Source: Pseudomonadota bacterium (lineage in GTDB: Bacteria; Bdellovibrionota_C; UBA2361; OMII01). Taken from it: a stretch of DNA of 64,000 nt. The stretch is from contig JAYPVM010000006.1 of assembly GCA_038134595.1 (NCBI GenBank), positions 101,864-165,863 of the forward strand. The letters are read 5' to 3'. The notes beneath the pieces were generated by a model. The model was not told the origin of the DNA and did not search any database. It worked only from the letters and a program-made list of their open reading frames with translations. Each line of letters opens with the position of its first letter. Position 1 is the stretch's first letter. A program made the position numbers and the translations under genes. Positions 20,446 to 30,472 of the stretch are shown piece by piece.

Positions 20446-21694
20446 CTCGCCGTACTCGGCGTCCACGCAATTGTAGCAAATCAACAGCTTTATAAACAGA
20501 AGAGCGCACTGCCTCACTATCGCTTCCTTTTCCTACCACACAGAGTGTTCTTCCTCCCCCTGATTGCAAACTGCCATTCTCACCACGTACCGTGGAAGCG
20601 TGAAAAATCGTAACATCGGGAATGAGAGATACTAAATCTAGCCCAGTGATCTCATCCCCAGTTTTCACATTTTCAGGATAGCCGTCGGACGCAATCACAA
20701 CACACACAGCCGTGTCGGCACTCCATTGCACAACCGGCTTATTCTCATTTTGACCGCTCATCCATTCAAAAAGTTCTACCGGATCACTTTCAAGGCGAAC
20801 CAAAATAGACTGACATTCGGGGTCTCCAAGACGAGTATTGTACTCCAACACCCGCACACCTTCCTCCGGCCTACGATCCGGGTCGATCATCAATCCTGCG
20901 TATAAAAATCCGACAAACTGCTCCCCTCTCTCCTTCATTACGTCAATGATAGGTTGCGCACAATGGATCTCAATCCACTGCAACAATTCATCGCTTATCC
21001 GAGGGGTTGGACAGACAGATCCCATTCCCCCGGTGTTTGGTCCCTGATCGTTATCAAGTAAACGCTTGTAGTCATGGGCAGGCGCAAGAGGAACAAGCGC
21101 ATTTCCATTCGACGCAAAAATACAACTGACTTCAAAACCTTGGAGAAACTCCTCAACGACTACTTCTTCAACCCCGAGCACGTTGTAGAGCTGAAAAATA
21201 GCGCTTTCGAGCTCTTCTTGGGTGTGCACAACAAACACTCCCTTACCAGAGGCTAATCCATCAGCTTTGAGAACCAACGGTAGGCCATGATCGCTACAAT
21301 ACGACTCTACCTCATTGCGATTAGCGCACAGCTTGTACGCTGCCGTAGGAACTTGCCCCTGACTCATGATCTCTTTGGCAAAACTCTTTGAACTCTCTAA
21401 CCGAGCGGCCGCACGCGTCGGTCCGACGATCGGCAACCCATGATTTCGAAAAACATCAACTACTCCAACTGCAAGCGACGCCTCAGGTCCCACAATAGTC
21501 AGATTTACTCCGCTTTCCTTGGCATACGCTACCAACTCATCAACCTGCGTAACGCCAATGTCGATACACGTAGCGATCTGCGCTATCCCTGCATTTCCAG
21601 GTGCGCACACTACTTCACTAACTCGAGGAGACTTCCGAAGGCTGTAACACAAGGCGTGTTCCCTACCACCTCCACCAATGACTAATATTTTCAT
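20429..21694 (-). CDS. purD: Phosphoribosylamine-glycine ligase
   Basis: MKILVIGGGGREHAL, PGNAG, KADGLASGKGV, DQGPNTGGMG and EYNTRLGDPE. Confidence 0.97.
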   Translation of the reverse strand: MKILVIGGGGREHALCYSLRKSPRVSEVVCAPGNAGIAQIATCIDIGVTQVDELVAYAKESGVNLTIVGPEASLAVGVVDVFRNHGLPIVGPTRAAARLESSKSFAKEIMSQGQVPTAAYKLCANRNEVESYCSDHGLPLVLKADGLASGKGVFVVHTQEELESAIFQLYNVLGVEEVVVEEFLQGFEVSCIFASNGNALVPLAPAHDYKRLLDNDQGPNTGGMGSVCPTPRISDELLQWIEIHCAQPIIDVMKERGEQFVGFLYAGLMIDPDRRPEEGVRVLEYNTRLGDPECQSILVRLESDPVELFEWMSGQNENKPVVQWSADTAVCVVIASDGYPENVKTGDEITGLDLVSLIPDVTIFHASTVRGENGSLQSGGGRTLCVVGKGSDSEAVRSSVYKAVDLLQLRGRRVRRDVGVS

Positions 21695-21728
21695 AACATC
21701 ACCTTTCAATCAGACATAAGGGTAACTA

Positions 21729-23297
21729 TCAGTGGCGAAAATGCCTATCTGGAGCAAAAAACAAACTGATGTTCTTCTCCGTTGCAACCTTACAGACCTC
21801 ATCATCCCGACGAGCTCCCGATGGAGCAACAACCGCACACACTCCCTGCTCCGCAAACGCCTCGATAGAATCGGCAAACGGGAAGAAGGCATCGGAGGCG
21901 GCAACAGCACCATCGACAATATGCCCGTGCATTTTAGCTTTTTTGAATGCCAACTCTATCGAATCAATACGACTCATCTGACCAGCTCCAACACCGATTA
22001 AAAGGCCATCTCGAACTAGTACAATCGCATTTGATTTGACGTGTCCCACAACACGCCACGCCAATTCTATATCAGAAAGCTCTTCTTCACTCGGAATCCT
22101 CGAACTCACTAAGCCCTCAATAGTTACAGATGACCGCTCAACATCAGATTCCTGCACTAGTACCGAACCTGCTACAGTGCGCAACTCTAATCCACCTAAA
22201 GATCCATCACCAGTCTCGATAAGCCGAAGGTTTTTTCTTGTCTCGAGGATAGCTCGTGCCTCTTTCGAGTACGATGGCGCAATCACAATTTCAGCAAAAT
22301 CTCCCTTTATCTCTTCTGCAGCCTCACCATCAACACAACAACTCAGGACAAGGATTCCTCCGAAATGACTACGAGGGTCGCATTGTTTTGCTCTTTGAAT
22401 CGCAGAAACTGCCGTTTCCCCTGTTGCTAATCCGCATGGATTAAGGTGCTTAAGTATCGCCACGGTAGGTACACCTTTAGGCAAATCAGTCATTAATCGC
22501 AATCCTGCATCCAAATCGAGCATGTTATTGTAGGAAAGCTCCTTACCCTGTAACTGCTTCCAATGAACACCATCAAACAATCGTAGTCTATTACCTTTAC
22601 TAGCATACACAGCTCCCGCTTGATGCGGATTCTCTCCGTATCTGAGTGACGCACTCCGTTCTAAGGTAAGCGTGAGTGACTCCGGGAACGCATCTCCAGT
22701 TACTTCATGCTCCGCGTTTGATGCCAGATACGAACCTATCGAGGCATCATAACAGGACATGTAGGAAAATACTTTTGAAGCAAGTCGCCGTCGAAATGCA
22801 CTATCAAACCCCTCGTTAGTCTTTACGCGGTCTATTATCTCTGGATAATCCGCCGGATCAATCACCGGTAGCACATAGGCATGATTTTTGGCAGCGGCCC
22901 TGATCATCGTTGGACCACCGATATCAATAAGTTCCACCATTTCCTGCAAAGAACTTGCACGCTCACTATTTATGTACTTTTGAAAAGGATAGAGATTCAC
23001 CACTACTATATCGATAGCATCGATCTCGGCCTCAGCCAATTGCTGAGTGTGTGCAACGTTATCACGCTTGGCTAATATACCAGCGTGAATCTTTGGATGA
23101 AGGGTCTTCACTCGTCCATCAAGTAACTCAGCAACTCCCGTGTATGACTCTACACTCGTGCATGGAACATCCCCCTCTTTCAATAAGCGTCGCGTTCCAG
23201 AGGTAGCTAAAATTTCATAACCGGACTCCACTAAAGCTGCGCCAAGCTCAACTAACCCTTCTCCCTCAGAAACACTAAACAAAGCCCTCTTTTTCAT
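21729..23297 (-). CDS. purH: Bifunctional IMP cyclohydrolase/AICAR transformylase
   Basis: GRVKTLHPKIHAGIL, IDIGGPTMIRAAAKN, LRYGENPHQ, HVKSNAIV and ASDAFFPF. Confidence 0.97.
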   Translation of the reverse strand: MKKRALFSVSEGEGLVELGAALVESGYEILATSGTRRLLKEGDVPCTSVESYTGVAELLDGRVKTLHPKIHAGILAKRDNVAHTQQLAEAEIDAIDIVVVNLYPFQKYINSERASSLQEMVELIDIGGPTMIRAAAKNHAYVLPVIDPADYPEIIDRVKTNEGFDSAFRRRLASKVFSYMSCYDASIGSYLASNAEHEVTGDAFPESLTLTLERSASLRYGENPHQAGAVYASKGNRLRLFDGVHWKQLQGKELSYNNMLDLDAGLRLMTDLPKGVPTVAILKHLNPCGLATGETAVSAIQRAKQCDPRSHFGGILVLSCCVDGEAAEEIKGDFAEIVIAPSYSKEARAILETRKNLRLIETGDGSLGGLELRTVAGSVLVQESDVERSSVTIEGLVSSRIPSEEELSDIELAWRVVGHVKSNAIVLVRDGLLIGVGAGQMSRIDSIELAFKKAKMHGHIVDGAVAASDAFFPFADSIEAFAEQGVCAVVAPSGARRDDEVCKVATEKNISLFFAPDRHFRH

Positions 23298-23566
23298 TGA
23301 ATCCAATCCCCAGCACTGTATCGAAATTTTTGTTTTAGTAGAGCTCCTAAGAGAAGTAACTTTAAGAGCCCTTTTTGCTCGCTAATACCTTAGCTTTTTT
23401 AGTTTTTTTCTTCTAGTCTCGGTTTGGCCTCTCAAACCCAACAAAACGCATCTATGAAGAAGCCTACTAAGTATTGTATTTTCAAGGCGTTAAGGCCTTT
23501 CTCGTGCGATTCCCGAGCAACCTATTCCAAGATGCATAGTTGCAGCAACTACGATATCCTTGAAAC

Positions 23567-25228
23567 ATGTCCAATACGCAACAACAACAAGAGCTATTAG
23601 AGCTCAATTCTCTGCGATGCGCCGCTGGCACGGATATCGGGATGCTCCGTCGAGAGAATCAAGATTCATTCGGAATCATTCGAAATACATCTTTTCATGC
23701 CTACTTTGTGGCAGATGGAATGGGTGGAACCCAAGGTGGTGCTGTAGCATCAAGAATGACAATCAGCGCTCTTGAAAAAGAACTTGATGAAATTACAACC
23801 CCTCCAAGTGTCGGCGAACTACAAGAACTGTTAAAAAAAATCAATAAAGAGATATTTACCGCGGGCCAGAAGAATCCCGGCCTCGCCGGAATGGGGACAA
23901 CTCTTGTAGGGCTGGTGTTTTCAAACGAATCGGTGACTTCCCTTTATGTCGGAGATTCAAGAGCATACCGGATTCGAGGAAACGAAATAACCCAAATATC
24001 AGAAGATCACACTCTCATTAAAGAGCTCATCAAAACCGGAGCCGTCGATCCACAGGAAGAATCCTCCCATCCTATATCTCATTTGCTCACGAAATCGTTG
24101 GGTCCTACTGCAAACATACGGATCGATTGCACCCACTACCAACATCCTGCGCAACGAGGAGATAGCTACATTCTGTGTTCAGATGGTCTCTACAATTATG
24201 TATCTAAAGAGGAGATCCTCTCAGTAGCGCTACAAAACTCGCCTGATGATGCCAGCCAAATTTTAATAAACCTGGCCAATCAGCGCGGCGGGGCTGACAA
24301 CATTACATTACTAATCGTTTCGGTCGAATCTGACCAACAAATACGACTCAACCGAACTTTTAGTGAATTTGACGACGCCATTTCAGATCAGGACATCTAT
24401 CCTCCAGAACAGGTGACACTACTCGAAGACACTGCACATACCGCTATCATCCCCCCCCCGGTACAAGAACCCCGCGACATGCGGGCTGAGCGCCGAACAC
24501 TGCGCGAACAAAGGAAGAAAGCAGACACAAAAACTCCCTCGTATTCTATCGCCCTACTCCTTGCAATAACACTATTGGCAGGCCTTGCTATCGGAAATAT
24601 TGGCAAAAGCATTTCTTCCGCCTTTACAGTCAAACAACGTCAGACCTCTCAGTCACCGACAACATTCTCAGAGATTATGGCAAAAATAAAAGATGGATTT
24701 CCGAGTCAAGATTCCGGCCGATACGTTTCCAAGAACTCTCTACAAGCCAAACCCGACAAACAGCCACTTGCAATAAACACAACCTCAGGCAATAAGCTGG
24801 GCACATCCACTGAGCCGCAAACATCAGACGTAGATGCCGAGCCAGCTCATCCGGGCACCTCCCCAGCTATGGATAGCGATAAACTCAGGCGAGTGCTCGA
24901 CTCCTGGAAAAGAAAGTCGCTATTTCTCGCAGAAAACGAAGCACACTATCTGTCTCCTTTACTGTTAGACGCACTCGAAAATTATTCAGAACTGATACAA
25001 AACACTAGAGTAAGGCTTGAAAGTCTATCCTCCAGAATAAATGCGACAGAAAATTATTCAAAGATTCATCCGGAGAAAAAGGAGATCCAAGAAGAACTTA
25101 AAAGTCTGAAAACAGCCGAGATACAGGCAAAAAAACAACTGCGCCAGAGCGTTCATGAACTTGTACAAACAAATATCGAGGTACTATCTGCACAACTTCA
25201 GTCGCTACGATCAGACAACCGGCCCTAG
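23567..25228 (+). CDS. PP2C/Stp1-family Ser/Thr phosphatase with a TM helix and C-terminal extension
   Basis: RRENQDS, VADGMGG, GMGTT, VGDSRAY, LCSDGL and GGADNIT; TM segment IALLLAITLLAGLAIG. Confidence 0.92.
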   Translation: MSNTQQQQELLELNSLRCAAGTDIGMLRRENQDSFGIIRNTSFHAYFVADGMGGTQGGAVASRMTISALEKELDEITTPPSVGELQELLKKINKEIFTAGQKNPGLAGMGTTLVGLVFSNESVTSLYVGDSRAYRIRGNEITQISEDHTLIKELIKTGAVDPQEESSHPISHLLTKSLGPTANIRIDCTHYQHPAQRGDSYILCSDGLYNYVSKEEILSVALQNSPDDASQILINLANQRGGADNITLLIVSVESDQQIRLNRTFSEFDDAISDQDIYPPEQVTLLEDTAHTAIIPPPVQEPRDMRAERRTLREQRKKADTKTPSYSIALLLAITLLAGLAIGNIGKSISSAFTVKQRQTSQSPTTFSEIMAKIKDGFPSQDSGRYVSKNSLQAKPDKQPLAINTTSGNKLGTSTEPQTSDVDAEPAHPGTSPAMDSDKLRRVLDSWKRKSLFLAENEAHYLSPLLLDALENYSELIQNTRVRLESLSSRINATENYSKIHPEKKEIQEELKSLKTAEIQAKKQLRQSVHELVQTNIEVLSAQLQSLRSDNRP

Positions 25229-26040
25229 CGAACTTCTCTGATAAATGGGTCAGTGGGGATATACCTTTCAGATCGAAGCTGCAAGATTAAGCGTTCAGCA
25301 TACAATTTATTTTTCTCAGGACCTACAAGAACTCTATAGAAACTTTGCTGTCCAATAACTACAGATTCAATTGCGATAGGAAAGCCAGACTGCTTCAGAC
25401 GCCGCGCCAACTTATCAGCATCCTGTAGTCGTTTTGGTGCCGCAACTTGCGCATAAAAACCAGTCGGTATTGACTCCGCAAATTTGCTATCGTCGCTGAT
25501 AGCTTTCGGCGCTTGTTTTATTGCTTCTGCAGCAACTCGATCCTTTTCTCCTTGCCGTGCTAGGGGGTTCTTCTCCGAGGCAGGCTTCTCTTTCAAAACC
25601 CTTGGAATCGATGCCTCATCTCCAATGATAAGCTCTCCACCCGAAGTCAAATCCCGAAATAAGTCGTCACCTAAATCGCTCGGTTCGCCCCTATCTAAAC
25701 CACTGGAATTCTTACCAGCTACCGCGCTTTCAGCCTCAAGCTTGATAGCTTCTCCACTCTCTTCAATAATTGCGGGTCGATTGAGCTTCTCATAAATCTT
25801 CGCCGAATTCTTTTCTACATCAACAAACGAAACATGGGGGACTGACAATTTTGCAAGATCTATTGCTGAGGTATCACGAGCAACCTGAAATCCTACGTGT
25901 CGACCCGAGTAAAATCCGACAAAGTATGCGCCACATATGCCCGCCAATGCAAGGCCTATCCATACAGCGACCTGTAACTTACCCAACCGAACTTGAACCA
26001 TTTGGGATTGATATCCTTCTCGCTCCGATGACGGACGCAT
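25225..26040 (-). CDS. SPOR-domain cell-division protein (FtsN/DedD-like)
   Basis: Single TM helix, acidic linker and C-terminal SPOR domain (FYAQVAA...FYRVLVGP); start uncertain (26040-26124). Confidence 0.85.
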   Translation of the reverse strand: MRPSSEREGYQSQMVQVRLGKLQVAVWIGLALAGICGAYFVGFYSGRHVGFQVARDTSAIDLAKLSVPHVSFVDVEKNSAKIYEKLNRPAIIEESGEAIKLEAESAVAGKNSSGLDRGEPSDLGDDLFRDLTSGGELIIGDEASIPRVLKEKPASEKNPLARQGEKDRVAAEAIKQAPKAISDDSKFAESIPTGFYAQVAAPKRLQDADKLARRLKQSGFPIAIESVVIGQQSFYRVLVGPEKNKLYAERLILQLRSERYIPTDPFIREVR

Positions 26041-26200
26041 CGTATATCCTTCCCGATTACCGCGGCTATTATGTCTGTAATAGCCGCTATTTCGCCCCTT
26101 ATTTTCAGCTGCAGAGCCTCGCATACATCCCTCCCGATACGCAGTACGGTCAATACAATTTCCAAGGAACAATCCTTCTAAAGACCGGTCAAATATGGGC

Positions 26201-27460
26201 TTACCATCTGTCTGCTAAGGGCAGTATACTCGACAAACCCTGTTGTAGACCAGCGACTAAATACCAATCATCTGGGGTAAAATCTTGATCGGCACGCTTT
26301 ATCGCTCGCATTCGTGGTGTATTGATTAACTTGTGTCCCCAATCAATAAAATCCTCTAGGAGCGTGACAAATTCATCCGACTTACCCTTCTCGATGCTAG
26401 CGCTAACATAGTTAGACATCAAAAAACCGACCGCACCAAGGGATTCCCGCACGCTGACCCATTGATTCGAAGAGACTCTCTCAGGCAAATCGTCCGGTAA
26501 TTCTATAGATTTTGCATATCGATAAAACCGCTCCTGCAACAAATGCAAACTCCACACGGGACTTGCAAACTCATCAAACAACGCCACAAAAGGATCGAGA
26601 TCTCCAGAGGGCACCGATCCCGCCATGTGAAAAAGAAACTCCTTCCACTTTTGTGCCTTTGAAACCGCTTCTATTGTCATGCTCAGGCTTTCCCGCTCCA
26701 AAAGACTAGATAGCGCCCGATCACGACTGATGAGCCATCCATCAGGGGGCATGTTAATGCAGGCCCCACTCTTTCGAGCACGATTTACTTCCTCGCGCTC
26801 TACCGCGGACAGAAGTTGATAGTACCCGTGAGACGTAACCACAACTTTAGTAGCGTCAGTCTGCAAACCATGCGCTAGAAACGGCCTGCGACTACTACAG
26901 GTTTGCCCATCATCTTCAAACAAAGATAATACCACCCTTGAAAACAAAGCGACGCAATCAGATGGGGTATCCATAACCTGCGATACCAACGGATGCAGTG
27001 ATACGGTCACCGCCCGTCCATATGAAGTTGCTAAGACAGCTTGTAACATCACCCTGGCAATGAGGCGAAGTGAAACGTAATTCGGAACCCTTTGATCCGG
27101 AACCAGGCAACAGTACTCCTCCTTCTTCCTATCCTTACTAGCCTTTCTACTTACTTCGCCAAGTTGGATGCACTCCAGTGCGTGAGAATAAAACAGGGGA
27201 AAAGGCATCTGAGAGCAAACGATATATCCCCGCAAGCAATGAAACTTCAGTGGAAGATTAGCCTCTAAATATTTGATGAGAACTTCGGCCACCTGCTCAG
27301 AGGATATTCTCTGAACCTTGGCGATTTCAAGCGGAGCAGAGGAGCTAAACAACCCCTTCTGAGGACTAAACATCGGCTCGAATCGACAATCATCTCCAAA
27401 AGAAAGTTTCGGAAAGCCGGCCTTAACAGCATCACACAAAACCTGATCAAGTAGAGTCAT
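26201..27460 (-). CDS. Arginyl-tRNA synthetase-like protein with degenerate catalytic motifs
   Basis: ArgRS-like N-terminal domain (KGLFSSSAPLEIAKVQRISSEQVAEVL...RGYI), SHGYY, SPVWSL and a DALR-like C-terminus; occupies the usual argS position upstream of a SPOR gene; no HIGH motif. Confidence 0.72.
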   Translation of the reverse strand: MTLLDQVLCDAVKAGFPKLSFGDDCRFEPMFSPQKGLFSSSAPLEIAKVQRISSEQVAEVLIKYLEANLPLKFHCLRGYIVCSQMPFPLFYSHALECIQLGEVSRKASKDRKKEEYCCLVPDQRVPNYVSLRLIARVMLQAVLATSYGRAVTVSLHPLVSQVMDTPSDCVALFSRVVLSLFEDDGQTCSSRRPFLAHGLQTDATKVVVTSHGYYQLLSAVEREEVNRARKSGACINMPPDGWLISRDRALSSLLERESLSMTIEAVSKAQKWKEFLFHMAGSVPSGDLDPFVALFDEFASPVWSLHLLQERFYRYAKSIELPDDLPERVSSNQWVSVRESLGAVGFLMSNYVSASIEKGKSDEFVTLLEDFIDWGHKLINTPRMRAIKRADQDFTPDDWYLVAGLQQGLSSILPLADRW

Positions 27461-28584
27461 GCCACCGCCTCACGTAGCGCTTGCTGTAGGCGTTCACGTA
27501 ATACGTCAGTGCAATGAATACAGTACGCCGCCGCTATCTCCGAAACCGTTACAACATCAGCCGGAAACTTTTGAGCCTTCAGTGCCATGTCTGCTTGCCT
27601 CAGAGCACGGCGCCCCTCATGGACGGCACGCGCGACATCATCCCTCTCCAAGCGACTCAAATTAGCTAATAACAACAATTTACTCGCTTCAAAAAAAGCG
27701 TTGGGGCCGATAAAAGACCTCAATTGCTCCAAGCGCTCTAGTGATTCGAATAGCCACGTCGTATCGTCTGAGACGATAATAGGTAGATCACTAAACAAGC
27801 CCCGATCGGTAAACTCTTGGAGAACCTCGCATACGGAGCTCTCATCCAGAGCAACCAAAACCTCATTCCACACTCTGCGAGGTGTCAGTGTCGCCAAACA
27901 TCCGCCGCGCACCGCCTCTACAAAACTAGCAAGTGTGGGCATATCAAAATGCAGCGATAGCCTTACCAAATAACGTACTGCCCGAAACAATCTGGTAGGG
28001 TCATCCACAAAACTATTGGAATGTAATACCCGCAATACCGCTGCATTAATATCAGCAACACCCCCCGCAGGATCTATTACGCGATGCTCCACTTGAGCGG
28101 CAGACCTATTTCCTTCTATCACCTCTTGGTACGCCGAAAGGGGCAGTGCTATCGCATTAACACTGAAATCTCGCCTCCAGAGATCCTCTTCAATCGAAGC
28201 TGGCGAAACTATCGGTAGTGCACCTGGTTTCTCGTACCGCTCAAGCCTTGCAGTCGCAATATCTAACTCGTCAATACTTCGTCCGTCTCGAGATTTTTTC
28301 CCCGGAAAAGGCCCTCGAATTTTTGCCGTCAAAAACTGTCGGTGTTCTACGATTGTGGAACTCAAGGAGCCGGCTAATTCTCTTGCGACCTCTAGCCCAG
28401 CGCCTTCGACGACCACATCTAAGTCGTGGTCCATCGAGCTCCGCTGCATGACTAGATCTCGAACAACACCACCCACAACGAAAAAACGCTCATTCCGAAG
28501 GCCTTCAATCCGCAATAGATTTTCCAACACCTCCGCAAGAGATATCTCCATTACTCGCAAAGAGGCGACATCAGAAGTGTCCAC
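27457..28584 (-). CDS. Class II tRNA nucleotidyltransferase (CCA- or A-adding)
   Basis: VGGVVRD, DLDVVV, DIATARLERYEKPGALP, EDLWRRDFSVNAIA and DDPTRLFRAVRY. Confidence 0.92.
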   Translation of the reverse strand: MDTSDVASLRVMEISLAEVLENLLRIEGLRNERFFVVGGVVRDLVMQRSSMDHDLDVVVEGAGLEVARELAGSLSSTIVEHRQFLTAKIRGPFPGKKSRDGRSIDELDIATARLERYEKPGALPIVSPASIEEDLWRRDFSVNAIALPLSAYQEVIEGNRSAAQVEHRVIDPAGGVADINAAVLRVLHSNSFVDDPTRLFRAVRYLVRLSLHFDMPTLASFVEAVRGGCLATLTPRRVWNEVLVALDESSVCEVLQEFTDRGLFSDLPIIVSDDTTWLFESLERLEQLRSFIGPNAFFEASKLLLLANLSRLERDDVARAVHEGRRALRQADMALKAQKFPADVVTVSEIAAAYCIHCTDVLRERLQQALREAVA

Positions 28585-28593
28585 GCGCAGTTC

Positions 28594-29166
28594 CTATAAA
28601 TCCAGGTCTGTATCGTCTAGTATTTCGTTTACGAATATCGGTACTCCCACCGACTGCTGGTCCCGGTACTTACCCGAATCATCGTATCTAACCGAGCTCG
28701 GCGTCTTAAGCTCAAACAACACCACTCGCGCGATCTTCATATTTGGATATAGCAAAATTGGGTTAGGGCCATGATTCGCAAGCTCCAAGGTAACAGGCCG
28801 GTCACTATGTCCGGGGTATACCATCATCGCCGTCTGAACAATGGTTAAACCAACCCGAGCCAACGTGCTCCGTCCTTCAATCATAAAGCCTAAAGAGCTT
28901 CCAACGGTTACATTTTCCATAGTGTGCCCGAGCAAAAACTCACCCGGCTCCAAAGAATACGGCTTATGCTTGGAAATTATTATTGATTCATAAGGTGGTG
29001 GCGCTGACTTTGTAACATCGACTACATGACCAGATTCAGGCTTTAGCAGCTCCTTTCCCAGGTGCATCGTAATGCCTGAAGACCGCAACCACTTTTCCGA
29101 AAACGGTGAAATTCGAAGCTCCCCAGCGTCAATGACTTTCTTGATATCTTCATTTGATAACATCAT
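28594..29166 (-). CDS. dcd: dCTP deaminase
   Basis: LEPGEFLLGHT, EGRSTLARVGL, PG and TLELAN motifs, and C-terminal GKYRDQ. Confidence 0.93.
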   Translation of the reverse strand: MMLSNEDIKKVIDAGELRISPFSEKWLRSSGITMHLGKELLKPESGHVVDVTKSAPPPYESIIISKHKPYSLEPGEFLLGHTMENVTVGSSLGFMIEGRSTLARVGLTIVQTAMMVYPGHSDRPVTLELANHGPNPILLYPNMKIARVVLFELKTPSSVRYDDSGKYRDQQSVGVPIFVNEILDDTDLDL

Positions 29167-29482
29167 AACAACATTCCCCTTACCTCAATTGTCGGAAAAA
29201 TCCGCCCACAACCAAGCTCTCCCCTTGAAAACAATACCACAAACCCTGTCCTTGGTAGATAGCTTGACCAAATTAAGTCTCCATATTGTCCTAATACAGT
29301 CTACCATAACACATCTAATCGACTTAGCTTTTTAGACAAGCGCGGGCATTAAATTAGCATGTATCTATTGCCCGATCCGCTCCATACAGTATAGACTTCT
29401 CACGTAAGTTATAAAGTGCCGATGTAGCTCATCGGCGACAAGGGCCGTAGAAATAAGTGCGGTAGAAATAGAGGTAATCGCT

Positions 29483-29761
29483 ATGGACGTTAAAGAAAAC
29501 GAAATAAAGGGTGGTTTCAAGTGGTTATTCTTTGCCGGCGGTGCCGCAGTGCTACTAAGCTGTTTTCTATTTTTTATCGATGACGTGGTCATGCAAGAGG
29601 CACCTGAGCGAGACAAAGCACATGCTGCAAAGATGGCAGAGTTACGTGCGGCTCAATCTAGCCTCGGTGCAAGAGTCACAGATGACCGCCAGATTCTTCC
29701 TTTGGTAATGGAACAGGAAAATCACACGGAACAATCGCATACTATCGACAGCAGCCATTAA
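29483..29761 (+). CDS. Small single-TM hypothetical protein
   Basis: GAGGT RBS; one hydrophobic helix. Confidence 0.65.
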   Translation: MDVKENEIKGGFKWLFFAGGAAVLLSCFLFFIDDVVMQEAPERDKAHAAKMAELRAAQSSLGARVTDDRQILPLVMEQENHTEQSHTIDSSH

Positions 29762-29788
29762 TATATCTCTCTTTCGCCAGTTACTAGT

Positions 29789-30262
29789 TTGTTTACTCGG
29801 TTTCGAAACATACTTTTTTCACTCATTTGGAGAGTAACAAAACCGTCTGATTACACTGAAGCAATTTCTTTAAGGACCTTTCTGAGGAGAAATCCGACAT
29901 GGCTTCACGGCCATCGTCTTTTTGCTATCGTTTGTCTAAATTCAGGAGATTTTAAGTGTGCATACGCTGCAAGCCTGTGCGTTCTGCAACTTGCTCAGAA
30001 CCCATCTGACCGCGCAGATGGCTACGCTCTGTTAGGTCGGTGTTATACAGCATGTGGAGATGCGGACTCGGCGCTATCTTACTTTGAAAAAAGTGCGGCA
30101 ACAGCCCCCACCGTATTCGACCTAAACGAGCATATTGCAGCCGCTTACATCCTAGCTAAAGACTTCGAAGCCGCAGTTACTCATCTAGAAGCTCTAGAGA
30201 AAACCAAACTAAGCGCAGAAGGTAAAGCTGCTCTTCAATATGCGAGATCAAAAATCAGTTAA
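29789..30262 (+). CDS. TPR-like protein
   Basis: GYALLGRCYTACGDADSALSYFEKS and IAAAYILAKDFEAAVTHLE. Confidence 0.7.
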   Translation: MFTRFRNILFSLIWRVTKPSDYTEAISLRTFLRRNPTWLHGHRLFAIVCLNSGDFKCAYAASLCVLQLAQNPSDRADGYALLGRCYTACGDADSALSYFEKSAATAPTVFDLNEHIAAAYILAKDFEAAVTHLEALEKTKLSAEGKAALQYARSKIS

Positions 30263-30406
30263 CTCAGCAAACCCTTTACAGGATTTAGGAAAAATAAACA
30301 CGACTAGAGTTAAAACAAAATCAGGGAGGTAAACTATTTCGAAGGATTTGCGCAACGAAAAACCACAAACTAGCGCTACCGAAATAAGCTTCCCGAACCA
30401 ACCCTA

Positions 30407-30445
30407 AAGAAAAAGGCCGAGAGTAAATTGCATCCTCTCGGCCTT
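30407..30445 (-). terminator. Intrinsic terminator after rpoC
   Basis: AAGGCCGAGAG/CTCTCGGCCTT 11-bp stem with an A-run on its left (U-tract on the minus strand). Confidence 0.8.
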
Positions 30446-30472
30446 CTCGACTCACTCTTTCGATGAACCAGA

